Assembly (NCBI GenBank): GCA_046761065.1
Contig: JBHIFL010000075.1
Location: 1-19,724 of the forward strand
Direction: 5' to 3'
From: Candidatus Heimdallarchaeota archaeon
Lineage (GTDB): Archaea; Asgardarchaeota; Wukongarchaeia; Wukongarchaeales; JBHIFL01
DNA: 19,724 bases
Shown: piece by piece, positions 1-8,523 of the stretch
Layout of the letters: each line of letters begins with the position of its first letter
Position numbering within the stretch: the stretch's first letter is position 1
Program-made: the position numbers and the translations under genes
Notes under the pieces: generated by a model
Told to the model about the DNA's origin: nothing
Databases searched by the model: none
Seen by the model: only the letters and a program-made list of their open reading frames with translations

Positions 1-1056
1 ATCCCATGGATAAAAGTGGTTATTGGGATAATTCTAGGAATCATTATGATTTATGCCTATTATTTGATTGTACTGCAGACCCGAAACTTGAAGGAGGTTG
101 TGTTTGGAATCAATTGGTTCATGTACCTATTCGCTTTTCTATTCGGATTTATTGGGGTTCTCTTCTTTTCTTTTGCTTGGAAGACGATCACAAGAGCCCA
201 AAATATTAAGCTATCTCCAAAAGACGCCGTTTCACTGACATTTATTGCTTACTTCTTTGAAGGGATGGTTCCTGCTGGAACAGTTCCCGGTGATGCAGTT
301 CGGGCTTATATATTAACAAAGAGAACACAAGCTCCTGGTGAAACGGTCGTGAGCACAATTTTTGCTCATCGCCTTGCGGGAATGATACCCTATTCAATCA
401 ATGGGCTGTTATGCATAGTGTTACTACTCCAACGCGATTTTTCGGCTTGGATCTCCCTGTTAATTGCTTGTTTAGGGCTCATCTCAATAGTTGCCTTTCT
501 AGGGTTATTAGTTGCAAGTTTAAAAGAGGAACTCATGATAAAACTTGTTCAAGCGATTTTAAAAATTATCAAACACCTGTTTAAGTTCTGGAATCGCCGT
601 TTGGAGCAATTTGAAGAAACATCTTTATCACAAATTCAACTATTTTCAGAAAGTATGAGACTTTGGCTCAAGAAAAAGAGAGAACTTTTCGGTTCGTTTA
701 TCTTAGCTGTTGCTTGGTGGCTGTGCAATGGGATTTCTTTTTATATAGTGGTAAGAGCTTTTCATATTCAAATTGAATTTTTAATTCTCCTTCCATTATA
801 TACGGCTGCAAGTACGATTCGATCCTTCCCGCTTCCTCTTGTCGGAGGATTTGGTCTTATTGAACTGACTTTAGCAACACTCTTGCAACCGGTAGGCGTG
901 CCTGAAGAGGTTGCGTTCGCAGTCCCATTGCTTGCTAGAAATGTTTTCTGGTTTTTAGTCGCTTGTAGCTCGTTTTTCCTAGTTAGAGAATATGGGCGCT
1001 GGATAACAAAAAAGACTCCAATTACAGACGAAAAATCACCCAATGACACGTCTTAG
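1..1056 (+). CDS. Lysylphosphatidylglycerol-synthase-TM / UPF0104 (flippase-like) membrane protein, probably 5'-partial
   Basis: Multi-TM hydrophobic ORF with family motifs 'YFFEGMVPAGTVPGDAVRAYIL', 'STIFAHRL' and 'LPLVGGFGLIE...L'. The frame is open back to base 1 (IPWIK before GTG at 16), so the true start may lie outside the window. Confidence 0.85.
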   Translation: MPWIKVVIGIILGIIMIYAYYLIVLQTRNLKEVVFGINWFMYLFAFLFGFIGVLFFSFAWKTITRAQNIKLSPKDAVSLTFIAYFFEGMVPAGTVPGDAVRAYILTKRTQAPGETVVSTIFAHRLAGMIPYSINGLLCIVLLLQRDFSAWISLLIACLGLISIVAFLGLLVASLKEELMIKLVQAILKIIKHLFKFWNRRLEQFEETSLSQIQLFSESMRLWLKKKRELFGSFILAVAWWLCNGISFYIVVRAFHIQIEFLILLPLYTAASTIRSFPLPLVGGFGLIELTLATLLQPVGVPEEVAFAVPLLARNVFWFLVACSSFFLVREYGRWITKKTPITDEKSPNDTS

Positions 1057-1089
1057 GTTTCCTGGATTGGATATTACTTGAATCTATCC

Positions 1090-2271
1090 TTAGATGAGTT
1101 TATCGTAAATTTTTAGGATTTTTTGTGTTATAACGCCCCATGAATAGTTTTTTTCCACGATCTTCCTAGACCGCGTGGAAATTCTTCGTGCCAGCTTCAA
1201 GTTGTCTTTTATCCTCATCACCGCTTTAGCCAAGTCAATAGGGTTCTTTGGATCGAATAAAAGTCCATTTTCTTTGTTTTTAACGAATTCAATAATTCCT
1301 CCTGTTTTTGCAGCAATTATTGGTTTTGCTGTGGCCATTCCTTCTAAAATCGTAATCCCAAAAGACTCTTGGAAGCTTGGAACAACTATTGTATCACAAG
1401 CGGCATAGAAAAGGGGCACCTCTTTTTCTTGAACATATCCTGTAAAGACAATCTTATCGTGTATTTTTCGTTTTTTAGCTAGTTCCATTATCTGTTTTAT
1501 ATAACCTGCATCTCCTGATCCCCCTATTACAAGCTTTACCTGTGGATCTTTTTTAACCACAAGAGAAAATGCTAAAACCAGTGTTTTAATGTTTTTTCTT
1601 CCACACAGTCTTCCTAAAAATCCAATAATGTAATCCTGTTCGTTTCCAAGTCGCTTTCGGAATTGTGTCCCCTCGATATCAGGGTGGAATTGTGATATGT
1701 CCACTCCGTTTGGAATAATTGTTGTTTTATTACCTAATTCTTGCCCAAATTCATTCAAGACCTCATCTTTAACATGGTGGGAGACCACAATGCAAGCATC
1801 TGCCTTTGAAAATACAATTTTTTCCAAAGTACGATATACTGGTGCAAAAACAATCAAATACTTCTCCCAAGCGGCGATTTCTGAAAACGGGATGTTTTTC
1901 AAGGCATCGACTTCAATTTTACTTGTGGAGTGAACAGTTTCTACAAAAGGGGTGGTGGATTTTGGAAGTAAGACGGTTTGGATTAAAGGTAGTTGTCCAT
2001 GAATGATATCGATTTCTTTGTTCTGGTTGATCTTGTTCAAAACCCTTTTAACCCAAACGAGGTAGAGGTTAACCGATAAATCTGATCCAGATAAGATTCT
2101 ATAAATCTGGACGTTCCCAATTTCTTCAAACTTTGGACAGCCTTTTGAACGAAGAGTAATAACTGTTACATCAACACCCAGCTTTGTCAACTCGCGTGAG
2201 ACATTTTGAACGTACCTGCTAATCCCACCAGCCATCGGAGGGAATTTCTGAGAAAGCAAACAGACTCGCAT
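1090..2271 (-). CDS. GT4 (GT-B fold) glycosyltransferase
   Basis: 'FPPMAGGISRYV', 'IPNGVD', 'GRL..RKN' and the EX7E motif 'PSFQESFGITILEGMATAKPIIA..TGG'. SD-like AGGTGG lies upstream of the ATG. Confidence 0.95.
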   Translation of the reverse strand: MRVCLLSQKFPPMAGGISRYVQNVSRELTKLGVDVTVITLRSKGCPKFEEIGNVQIYRILSGSDLSVNLYLVWVKRVLNKINQNKEIDIIHGQLPLIQTVLLPKSTTPFVETVHSTSKIEVDALKNIPFSEIAAWEKYLIVFAPVYRTLEKIVFSKADACIVVSHHVKDEVLNEFGQELGNKTTIIPNGVDISQFHPDIEGTQFRKRLGNEQDYIIGFLGRLCGRKNIKTLVLAFSLVVKKDPQVKLVIGGSGDAGYIKQIMELAKKRKIHDKIVFTGYVQEKEVPLFYAACDTIVVPSFQESFGITILEGMATAKPIIAAKTGGIIEFVKNKENGLLFDPKNPIDLAKAVMRIKDNLKLARRISTRSRKIVEKNYSWGVITQKILKIYDKLI

Positions 2272-2345
2272 ACTGCCACCTAGATGTTTTTGTGAGGATT
2301 AGGACTGTCGTAGAACTTTTTTACAGCTATGCTTTTGTTATAGGA

Positions 2346-3422
2346 TTAACTCCCTCTGCTCTTATTCGAGTTTCTGAATTTAATGAAATCACGCATGAAT
2401 CCGAGGGCAATTATTGGTGATAAATTGGAGAGTTGTGATAATTCTACAACGGCATTATCCCCACATTTTCTATAATTATTACACGTTGGGGTAAACCGAC
2501 GGAATTTTTCTAACCTCTTCGAGAACCAAAGGTTGCGTAAGGGCTTCTTTCGTAAATCGCCAGCTCGGGTTTCATATAATAATGGACACATATACTCAAT
2601 TTTTCCTTCCCAGTCGATAGGTAGCATGATCCTGTTTGTATAACAGCTAAAACGGACTGGTTCTTTTATAAATTCCAAGAATTTAATAGAATCTAGAATC
2701 GGGTAGCCTTCCTTCTTCATCTCGATCAAACGATCAATTTTTGTACTTAGAATATCAGGATCTTTGATTCGGACAGCATCAGGTAAATAATAATGCTCTT
2801 GGAGCGGCCCAAAGGTGATTGAGACATCCAAGCTTTGTGCTAATAAAACCATTTTTTCAAGGTCTGCCAAATTGGTTTGATTGATCACACAATTGATCAT
2901 CGTGAGAGATACATACTCTTTTGATGCCTTTATCCCTTCTATTGCGCGATCAAATGAACCCTTAAGCCCTCGGAGCTTGTCATGTCTTTTATCTGGGAAG
3001 TCGAGGGAAACCAATAATGAATCGGTGAATCTTCCGATTTCAGGGATTCGTTTCTGAAGATAATATCCATTCGTGTAGAGTTGGATCCACATGTCCTTAC
3101 TCTGCGCATATTCAAAAATCTTAGGTAGATCCTTTCGAACTAAGGGTTCTCCCCCTGTAGCACAAAGAACTGTACAGCCCAACACTGTAGCTTGGTCAAT
3201 TACGTCAAATAGTTCATCACGCGATAGTTCATTTATGGCAGGCCGATTATAAGCATTACAGAACCAACAACGGGCATTGCATTTTGTGGTTACTTTGAGA
3301 TAAAGAAAAAGTGGTGTGGGCTTATGTCGTATATTATTATCAAACAATCCTTTTACAGTGCGGAGGATTAGTTTAATATTGGAAAGGTTAGTACGACTGC
3401 TTTGGCTAAAAATATCAATCAT
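2346..3422 (-). CDS. Radical SAM protein with C-terminal SPASM/twitch-like Cys domain
   Basis: CxxxCxxC (CNARCWFC), 'TGGEPL', 'TNG', 'VSLD' and C-terminal cysteines (SC...MCP...CNNYRKC). Start moved from GTG 3431 to ATG 3422 because the GTG lies within an AGGTG SD-like motif. Confidence 0.9.
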   Translation of the reverse strand: MIDIFSQSSRTNLSNIKLILRTVKGLFDNNIRHKPTPLFLYLKVTTKCNARCWFCNAYNRPAINELSRDELFDVIDQATVLGCTVLCATGGEPLVRKDLPKIFEYAQSKDMWIQLYTNGYYLQKRIPEIGRFTDSLLVSLDFPDKRHDKLRGLKGSFDRAIEGIKASKEYVSLTMINCVINQTNLADLEKMVLLAQSLDVSITFGPLQEHYYLPDAVRIKDPDILSTKIDRLIEMKKEGYPILDSIKFLEFIKEPVRFSCYTNRIMLPIDWEGKIEYMCPLLYETRAGDLRKKPLRNLWFSKRLEKFRRFTPTCNNYRKCGDNAVVELSQLSNLSPIIALGFMRDFIKFRNSNKSRGS

Positions 3423-3655
3423 GAAAGGCACCTATTTATATAAAAAGATTGTCGCAGCGCTAAAATCTTCTTATAAATATTAACACTATTTATGTGCTAA
3501 ATATTCGTTGTATAACATCTTTTTTCAGTTAATGATTAATTTACCAGACGCTTATCATAACGCTTAAGTGTTTCCGCTGAAACAGTTGTGAGATTCCATG
3601 GCTATTTTTACAGGAATAGATACTAAATTAAAAAACGTGAGCCAGGTGCGCTTAT

Positions 3656-4408
3656 ATGGAAACCGAACGACCAGGGGTCGCAAAAGAAGTTGCAAGGACT
3701 GTGAGTCTCAAAAGACGGATTCCTCTCTCAATAATATTGGCAACTTGGATTATTGTTTTTCCGATTGGTCTTCTCATAGTCAAACGGCTTGAAACAACTA
3801 TCGATTGGTATCACCCATTGAATAAATTCTCTTTCCTCCTAATAATTGCTAGTCTTGTGCTTTTTTTTGTTTTCGCCTATATCGGGGTAATTCCTATTAG
3901 AAATCAAATGGAAAAACGTCCTGGAGGATTTCTATCCTCATTCATCATATTGTTATATATCGAGATGTATGGATTCCCTTTGACTACATATGTCCTGATT
4001 TGGCTCTTAGGTGGAGTGCCTCAATTTATTGGAGGATTTCATCTCTTTGGAAAATTCGGTGCATTAGTTGGGGAGATTTTCATATTGGTTGGGGGAACTC
4101 TGATTCTAGCTGGCTGGTATGAGGTCTTTTATGGGGCTCCAAATACTCTCCTCACAGACGGCCTTTATGGACATGTCCGACACCCTCAATACTTGGGGAT
4201 TCTCCTAGCGACTTTTGGGCTCTTAATCCATTGGATAACAATCATCCTTTCGATTTTGTTCCCAATTTTGGTGTATTTATATTATCATTTGGCAAAAAAT
4301 GAGGAGGCATTTCTCGAAGAAAAATTTAAAAACCAGTTTATTCGCTATAAAAAGACTGTTCCAATGTTTATTCCACGTCTAAGGAAGGATCATCATCTAG
4401 TGGTATAA
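3656..4408 (+). CDS. Isoprenylcysteine carboxyl methyltransferase / PEMT (Ste14-like) family membrane methyltransferase
   Basis: 'LLTDGLYGHVRHPQYLG', 'EEAFLEEKF...Y.KTVPMFIP' and 'EMYGFPLT.Y'; SD-like AGGTG upstream. Confidence 0.9.
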   Translation: METERPGVAKEVARTVSLKRRIPLSIILATWIIVFPIGLLIVKRLETTIDWYHPLNKFSFLLIIASLVLFFVFAYIGVIPIRNQMEKRPGGFLSSFIILLYIEMYGFPLTTYVLIWLLGGVPQFIGGFHLFGKFGALVGEIFILVGGTLILAGWYEVFYGAPNTLLTDGLYGHVRHPQYLGILLATFGLLIHWITIILSILFPILVYLYYHLAKNEEAFLEEKFKNQFIRYKKTVPMFIPRLRKDHHLVV

Positions 4409-4619
4409 ACAATATGCAATTTCAAGCATGAAGTCTAATTATCCCCCTTAAAAACTGTTTTTAATTATTTTTATTCGTGTTATACTGTATATTTGAAGAA
4501 GTAATGTATAATCCGTTCGCAACTTTTGTGAAAGTATTTGTAGGAAAAACATAATTGACGAGGAGATCGCAATAATATTAAAATCTTGAAACAATACAAC
4601 TTAATGGAGCTCTTCCCAA

Positions 4620-5606
4620 ATGTTTCGACTTCACCGAAATGAAAACTTCTTCATAGAAAAAGAATGGACTCAGCAAATCCTCCTAGAAGCCCTCAAAGAC
4701 CTAGACCTGCGAATATATCCGCCAGAACACGGGGATGCTGTCAGAAACGTACTAGCAGATTTTCATGATATACCTAAGACGCGATTGTTCATTGGGAATG
4801 GAGCAGATGCAATTATTGATTTACTCACGACCCTTTTTGCACGTAATTCTGGAAGTCTCGTGATACAGCCGACTTTTCCAGGGTATGAATTCTGTATCAC
4901 AGCAAAAGGAGGAAAAATCACTCAGTACCTTCTAAATGAAGATTTCTCACTTGATCCACAACCACTCCGACAAATGATAGATAAATCTATTAGAATTATG
5001 TTTCTTGCGTCACCGAATAATCCTACAGGAAATCAATTCCCCCAACAAACTGTTAAAGAACTTTTAGAAAGTATTAAGATCCCGTTTGTGGTGGATGAGG
5101 CCTACGCAGACTTTGCGCCCTATTCGGTGCTTAAATGGGACTATGAGAATCTGATTGTGCTTCGGTCTTTTTCAAAGAGTGCTGCAGCTGCAGGAGTTCG
5201 GCTTGGATATGCAGTAGCCAATGAAGAAGTTATTGAGAGTCTCAGACAAATCCAACCGATCTTTAGTGTCAATTCAGTAGCCCAATGCTATATCATCAAA
5301 ATATTGCAAAATATTATTTATGTACGAAAAAAAATAGAAGAGCTTAAAACCGAAAGATCACACTTTTTCAATCATCTCCAGCAAGTTGACGGCATCCGAG
5401 TATACCCCAGTGATGCAACATTCTTCCTAATACGAATTCTCAATACCCAAGCAAAAGACGTGGTTGAAAAGCTTAAAAACGAGGGGATTCTAGTAAGTGA
5501 CCGAAGTAACGAGCCATTACTCAAGAATTGCATCCGTGTAGCCATTGGAACAAGAACCATGAATAATGCATTTGTATATGCTCTTAAAAGGGTATTAAGA
5601 GAATAG
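4620..5606 (+). CDS. hisC: Class I/II PLP aminotransferase, histidinol-phosphate aminotransferase (HisC)/CobD-like
   Basis: 'RLHRNEN', 'GNGADAII', 'SPNNPTG', 'VVDEAY', PLP-lysine motif 'RSFSKSAAAAGVRLGY' and 'RVAIG'. No other his or cob genes are nearby, so HisC versus CobD is unresolved. Confidence 0.75.
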   Translation: MFRLHRNENFFIEKEWTQQILLEALKDLDLRIYPPEHGDAVRNVLADFHDIPKTRLFIGNGADAIIDLLTTLFARNSGSLVIQPTFPGYEFCITAKGGKITQYLLNEDFSLDPQPLRQMIDKSIRIMFLASPNNPTGNQFPQQTVKELLESIKIPFVVDEAYADFAPYSVLKWDYENLIVLRSFSKSAAAAGVRLGYAVANEEVIESLRQIQPIFSVNSVAQCYIIKILQNIIYVRKKIEELKTERSHFFNHLQQVDGIRVYPSDATFFLIRILNTQAKDVVEKLKNEGILVSDRSNEPLLKNCIRVAIGTRTMNNAFVYALKRVLRE

Positions 5607-5816
5607 AAAGAAGATCCTTTAAATCAAATTTATCACTGATGATATGTTGGCTTGTGAGTTAATACTCGAATTAATACTACTGACTTCTTCCGAGTAATTG
5701 AAAGGTAATTGTATTAACAAAGATTCAATTGATTATCTAGAGTTAGTTATTTCTTTTAGGATAATCATAGTCTAAATATGCGTTGCACAAGCAATAATGC
5801 AGTAAAGCCCAGAGAC

Positions 5817-5830
5817 AAAAAGTTATACAT
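5817..5830 (+). promoter_or_regulatory. Putative BRE/TATA promoter of polB
   Basis: AAAAAG-TTATACAT about 30 nt upstream of ATG 5860. Confidence 0.5.
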
Positions 5831-5859
5831 TCACCACATTAAGATTTACATAGGGATGA

Positions 5860-8244
5860 ATGAGTTTGCGTCTTATTTTTTGGCTTCTAGATACAAACTA
5901 TGTCATCAGGGAAGGACGTGCGGTCATACAGCTCTGGGGAATCACAAGAGACGAACGAAGGGTTCTCATTGAGGTGACGGAATTTGAGCCTTATTTCTAT
6001 CTGGTTCCAAACAAGCCTGATGACGACCAGAGCAGACTGATAGAGCAAATATGCAAGCATACTGGTGTGACAAAAGCGGAATTAGTAAACCGACGATACT
6101 TTGGGACGGAAATGAAGGTTGTAAAAGTAACTGTCGAGATACCTGGACAAGTCCCGGACCTTAGAGAGATATTATCAGATATTGAAGGGGTTAGTTCGCA
6201 TTTGGAAGCGGATGTTCGTTTTGCCCTAAGATATCTCATCGACAAGAAGGTTTACCCTTGTAGGTGGCATGAAATCGATATAATAGATGATTCAAAGGCA
6301 GTACTAAAGAATGATATCGGGATTGATGTTATCTATGAAGCGAAATCTGATCCGATTTTAACTGAAGACGAAGATCTCCCTGATCTAAGAGTTCTCGCTT
6401 TTGATATAGAGACGTACAATCCCCGAGGAACACCAAATGCAAAAAGAGGCGACCCTATAATTATAATTTCAACAACCACTGATCGAGAATCGAAACTATT
6501 TGTTGCTAATGGCAACGAGGATCGAGACGTTCTTGACTCCTTTATTAACTATTTCAAGGCTTATGATCCTGATATCGTGGTCAGTTACGCGGGAAACGTC
6601 TTCGATTGGCCATACATCATTGATCGGGCCAAATTGAGTAATCTTGCTTTAAATCTCGGGAGAGATCAGTCGCCACCATCTCCCTCTGCAATGAGGCATA
6701 TCAGCGTTAAAGGTCGCGCTAATGTTGATCTTTTTGACCTCGCACGCCACTTGGAAGAAGTAAAAGTCCGAACTCTCGAGAATGTTGCAGACTACCTTGG
6801 TGTGATGAAAAAATCAGAACGGGTGCATATCGATCATTTGGAGATTGCTGGATATTGGGATAATCCTGGAAAAAGGAATATGCTCCTTGAATATGCGCGG
6901 CAAGACGCAGAAAGCACCTATGGGATAAGTGAGAAGCTACTGCCTTTTGCCATCCAGATGGCAGCAATAACAGGAATTCCGTTAGACCAAGTGATGGCTG
7001 CTTCCACGGGATTCCGTATTGAATTCTATCTCATGAGAGACGCGTTTCAACTTGGAGAACTGGTGCCTAACCGTTCTAAGAGGACCCATAAAACCTATGC
7101 GGGAGGGTTTGTCCTAGAACCGGTTCCTGGCCTCCACGAACAAGTCGCCATTTTTGATTTCAGTTCAATGTATCCTAATTTAATGATTAGTCGAAATATC
7201 AGTCCCGATACCTATATACCCCATGGCGAGACGCTTGAACAAGACGTTCCAGTGATCACGACACCCGAGATCGGGCATAAATTTCGCCAAGATTTTCCAG
7301 GATTTTACAAAAGAGTCCTCCGAGGGCTCCTCGATACTAGACACGAAATCCGGGAAAGAATGAAAGAGTTCCCAAAAAATAGTATCGAGTACAAGCTGTT
7401 AGAGGAACGTCAACGAGCTGTGAAGATCCTTGCAAATGCCGCCTATGGATATACCGGATGGGCGCTAGCACGTTGGTATCTACGACCAGTAGCTGAAGCC
7501 ACTGCGGCCTTCGGGCGACAAGCGATCAAACAAACGATAGAGATTGCTGAAAATTTAGGACTTAAAGTGTTGTACGGGGATACAGACAGTATTTTTGTTG
7601 TATATGATCCGGAAAAGGTGGATGAATTCAAAAAAAGAGTTCAGGCGGCCCTTGGCTTAGAAATAAAACCAGACAAGATCTTTAAAAGGATGTTCTTCAC
7701 TGGGGCCAAGAAACGCTATGGTGGCCTTTTTGAGGATGGAACCATTGATATCACCGGTCTTGAAAAAGTACGAGGGGACTGGACAAATCTCGCAAAAGAG
7801 GTCCAAGAGAAGGTTATTGAAGAAGTATTACTCCAACAATCCCCCGAAGGAGCAGTCCGATACGTCCAACAGGTAATAAAGGATCTCAATGCCGGACGAA
7901 TTCCATTCGAAAAATTGGTAATCTGGAAAACCATCACGATGTCCATTAGGCGGTATAAGGTAACAGCCGCCCACGTTGAAGCCGCAAAGATCCTTGAAGA
8001 ACATGGGGAGGAAATCAAACCCGGCGATAAAATTGGTTATGTGATTATCAAAGGTTCCGAAATCCTAGCAAAGCGCGCTCGCCCACACAACTTGGTGCAG
8101 GAAGAAGGTATAGACCTCGCCTACTATAAAGAAAAACAAGTTCTGCCGGCAGCTCTCCGCATCTTAACCTTCTTTGGGGTCACCGAAAGTCAGCTTTTGA
8201 CTGGAAAGAAGCAGGCCAGCCTTGATAAATTCTTCGGCCGTTGA
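5860..8244 (+). CDS. polB: Family B DNA polymerase (archaeal PolB3-type), intein-free, with 3'-5' exonuclease and PIP box
   Basis: ExoI 'FDIETY', ExoII 'YAGNVFDWPY', ExoIII 'YARQD', 'YAGGFV', motif A 'DFSSMYP', motif B 'KILANAAYGY', motif C 'YGDTDS'; N-terminal uracil-pocket motifs (FEPYFY, VPDLRE, EADVRF); C-terminal PCNA-binding 'QASLDKFF'. Confidence 0.98.
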   Translation: MSLRLIFWLLDTNYVIREGRAVIQLWGITRDERRVLIEVTEFEPYFYLVPNKPDDDQSRLIEQICKHTGVTKAELVNRRYFGTEMKVVKVTVEIPGQVPDLREILSDIEGVSSHLEADVRFALRYLIDKKVYPCRWHEIDIIDDSKAVLKNDIGIDVIYEAKSDPILTEDEDLPDLRVLAFDIETYNPRGTPNAKRGDPIIIISTTTDRESKLFVANGNEDRDVLDSFINYFKAYDPDIVVSYAGNVFDWPYIIDRAKLSNLALNLGRDQSPPSPSAMRHISVKGRANVDLFDLARHLEEVKVRTLENVADYLGVMKKSERVHIDHLEIAGYWDNPGKRNMLLEYARQDAESTYGISEKLLPFAIQMAAITGIPLDQVMAASTGFRIEFYLMRDAFQLGELVPNRSKRTHKTYAGGFVLEPVPGLHEQVAIFDFSSMYPNLMISRNISPDTYIPHGETLEQDVPVITTPEIGHKFRQDFPGFYKRVLRGLLDTRHEIRERMKEFPKNSIEYKLLEERQRAVKILANAAYGYTGWALARWYLRPVAEATAAFGRQAIKQTIEIAENLGLKVLYGDTDSIFVVYDPEKVDEFKKRVQAALGLEIKPDKIFKRMFFTGAKKRYGGLFEDGTIDITGLEKVRGDWTNLAKEVQEKVIEEVLLQQSPEGAVRYVQQVIKDLNAGRIPFEKLVIWKTITMSIRRYKVTAAHVEAAKILEEHGEEIKPGDKIGYVIIKGSEILAKRARPHNLVQEEGIDLAYYKEKQVLPAALRILTFFGVTESQLLTGKKQASLDKFFGR

Positions 8245-8276
8245 TAAAAAGTCTGTAATGGGAAAAATAGTTTATA

Positions 8277-8292
8277 TGGCCCGAAAGGGTCA
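8277..8292 (+). terminator. GNRA-capped hairpin downstream of polB (possible terminator or 3' structure)
   Basis: TGGCCC-GAAA-GGGTCA (one G-U pair on the + strand) about 33 nt after the polB stop, followed by an A-run. Confidence 0.35.
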
Positions 8293-8523
8293 ATAAAAAA
8301 AGTATTCCCTCTCATTTGGATGAACTATTAAGAAAATTAGAATTGAAACCTAACTATCGATTCAAGGTTAAAATGCAAAATTTAAAACGAATTTAAGGTG
8401 TTGAACCATCGAATTAATGTCATATGTCTCCTGTACTCTTTAAATTTGAAACTTGAAACATTAATTTGGATTTACTTCTGACCTGTTAATTCCTAAAGCA
8501 GTGATTGAGTAGATCGATAACTG

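Noticed and set aside
3569-3584. Origin recognition box (TTCC..TGAAAC resemblance)
   Set aside because: Single copy, no G-string and no cdc6/orc1 gene adjacent.
3656-4408. Eukaryote-like CaaX-processing system implied by the ICMT-family gene
   Set aside because: The family is widespread in prokaryotes, and no prenyltransferase or CaaX-ending protein is in the window.
5860-8244. PolB as a mobile-element or inactivated polymerase, intein carrier, or exo-dead enzyme (ExoII YAG instead of YNG)
   Set aside because: All catalytic acidic residues are present, the length is normal and the PIP box is retained. There is no integrase, Cas1 or terminal repeat nearby, so it looks like an ordinary chromosomal PolB3.
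8315-8460. CRISPR array after polB
   Set aside because: Only short TTGAAAC-like ends recur. There is no conserved 25-37-nt repeat, no regular spacing and no cas gene in the window.
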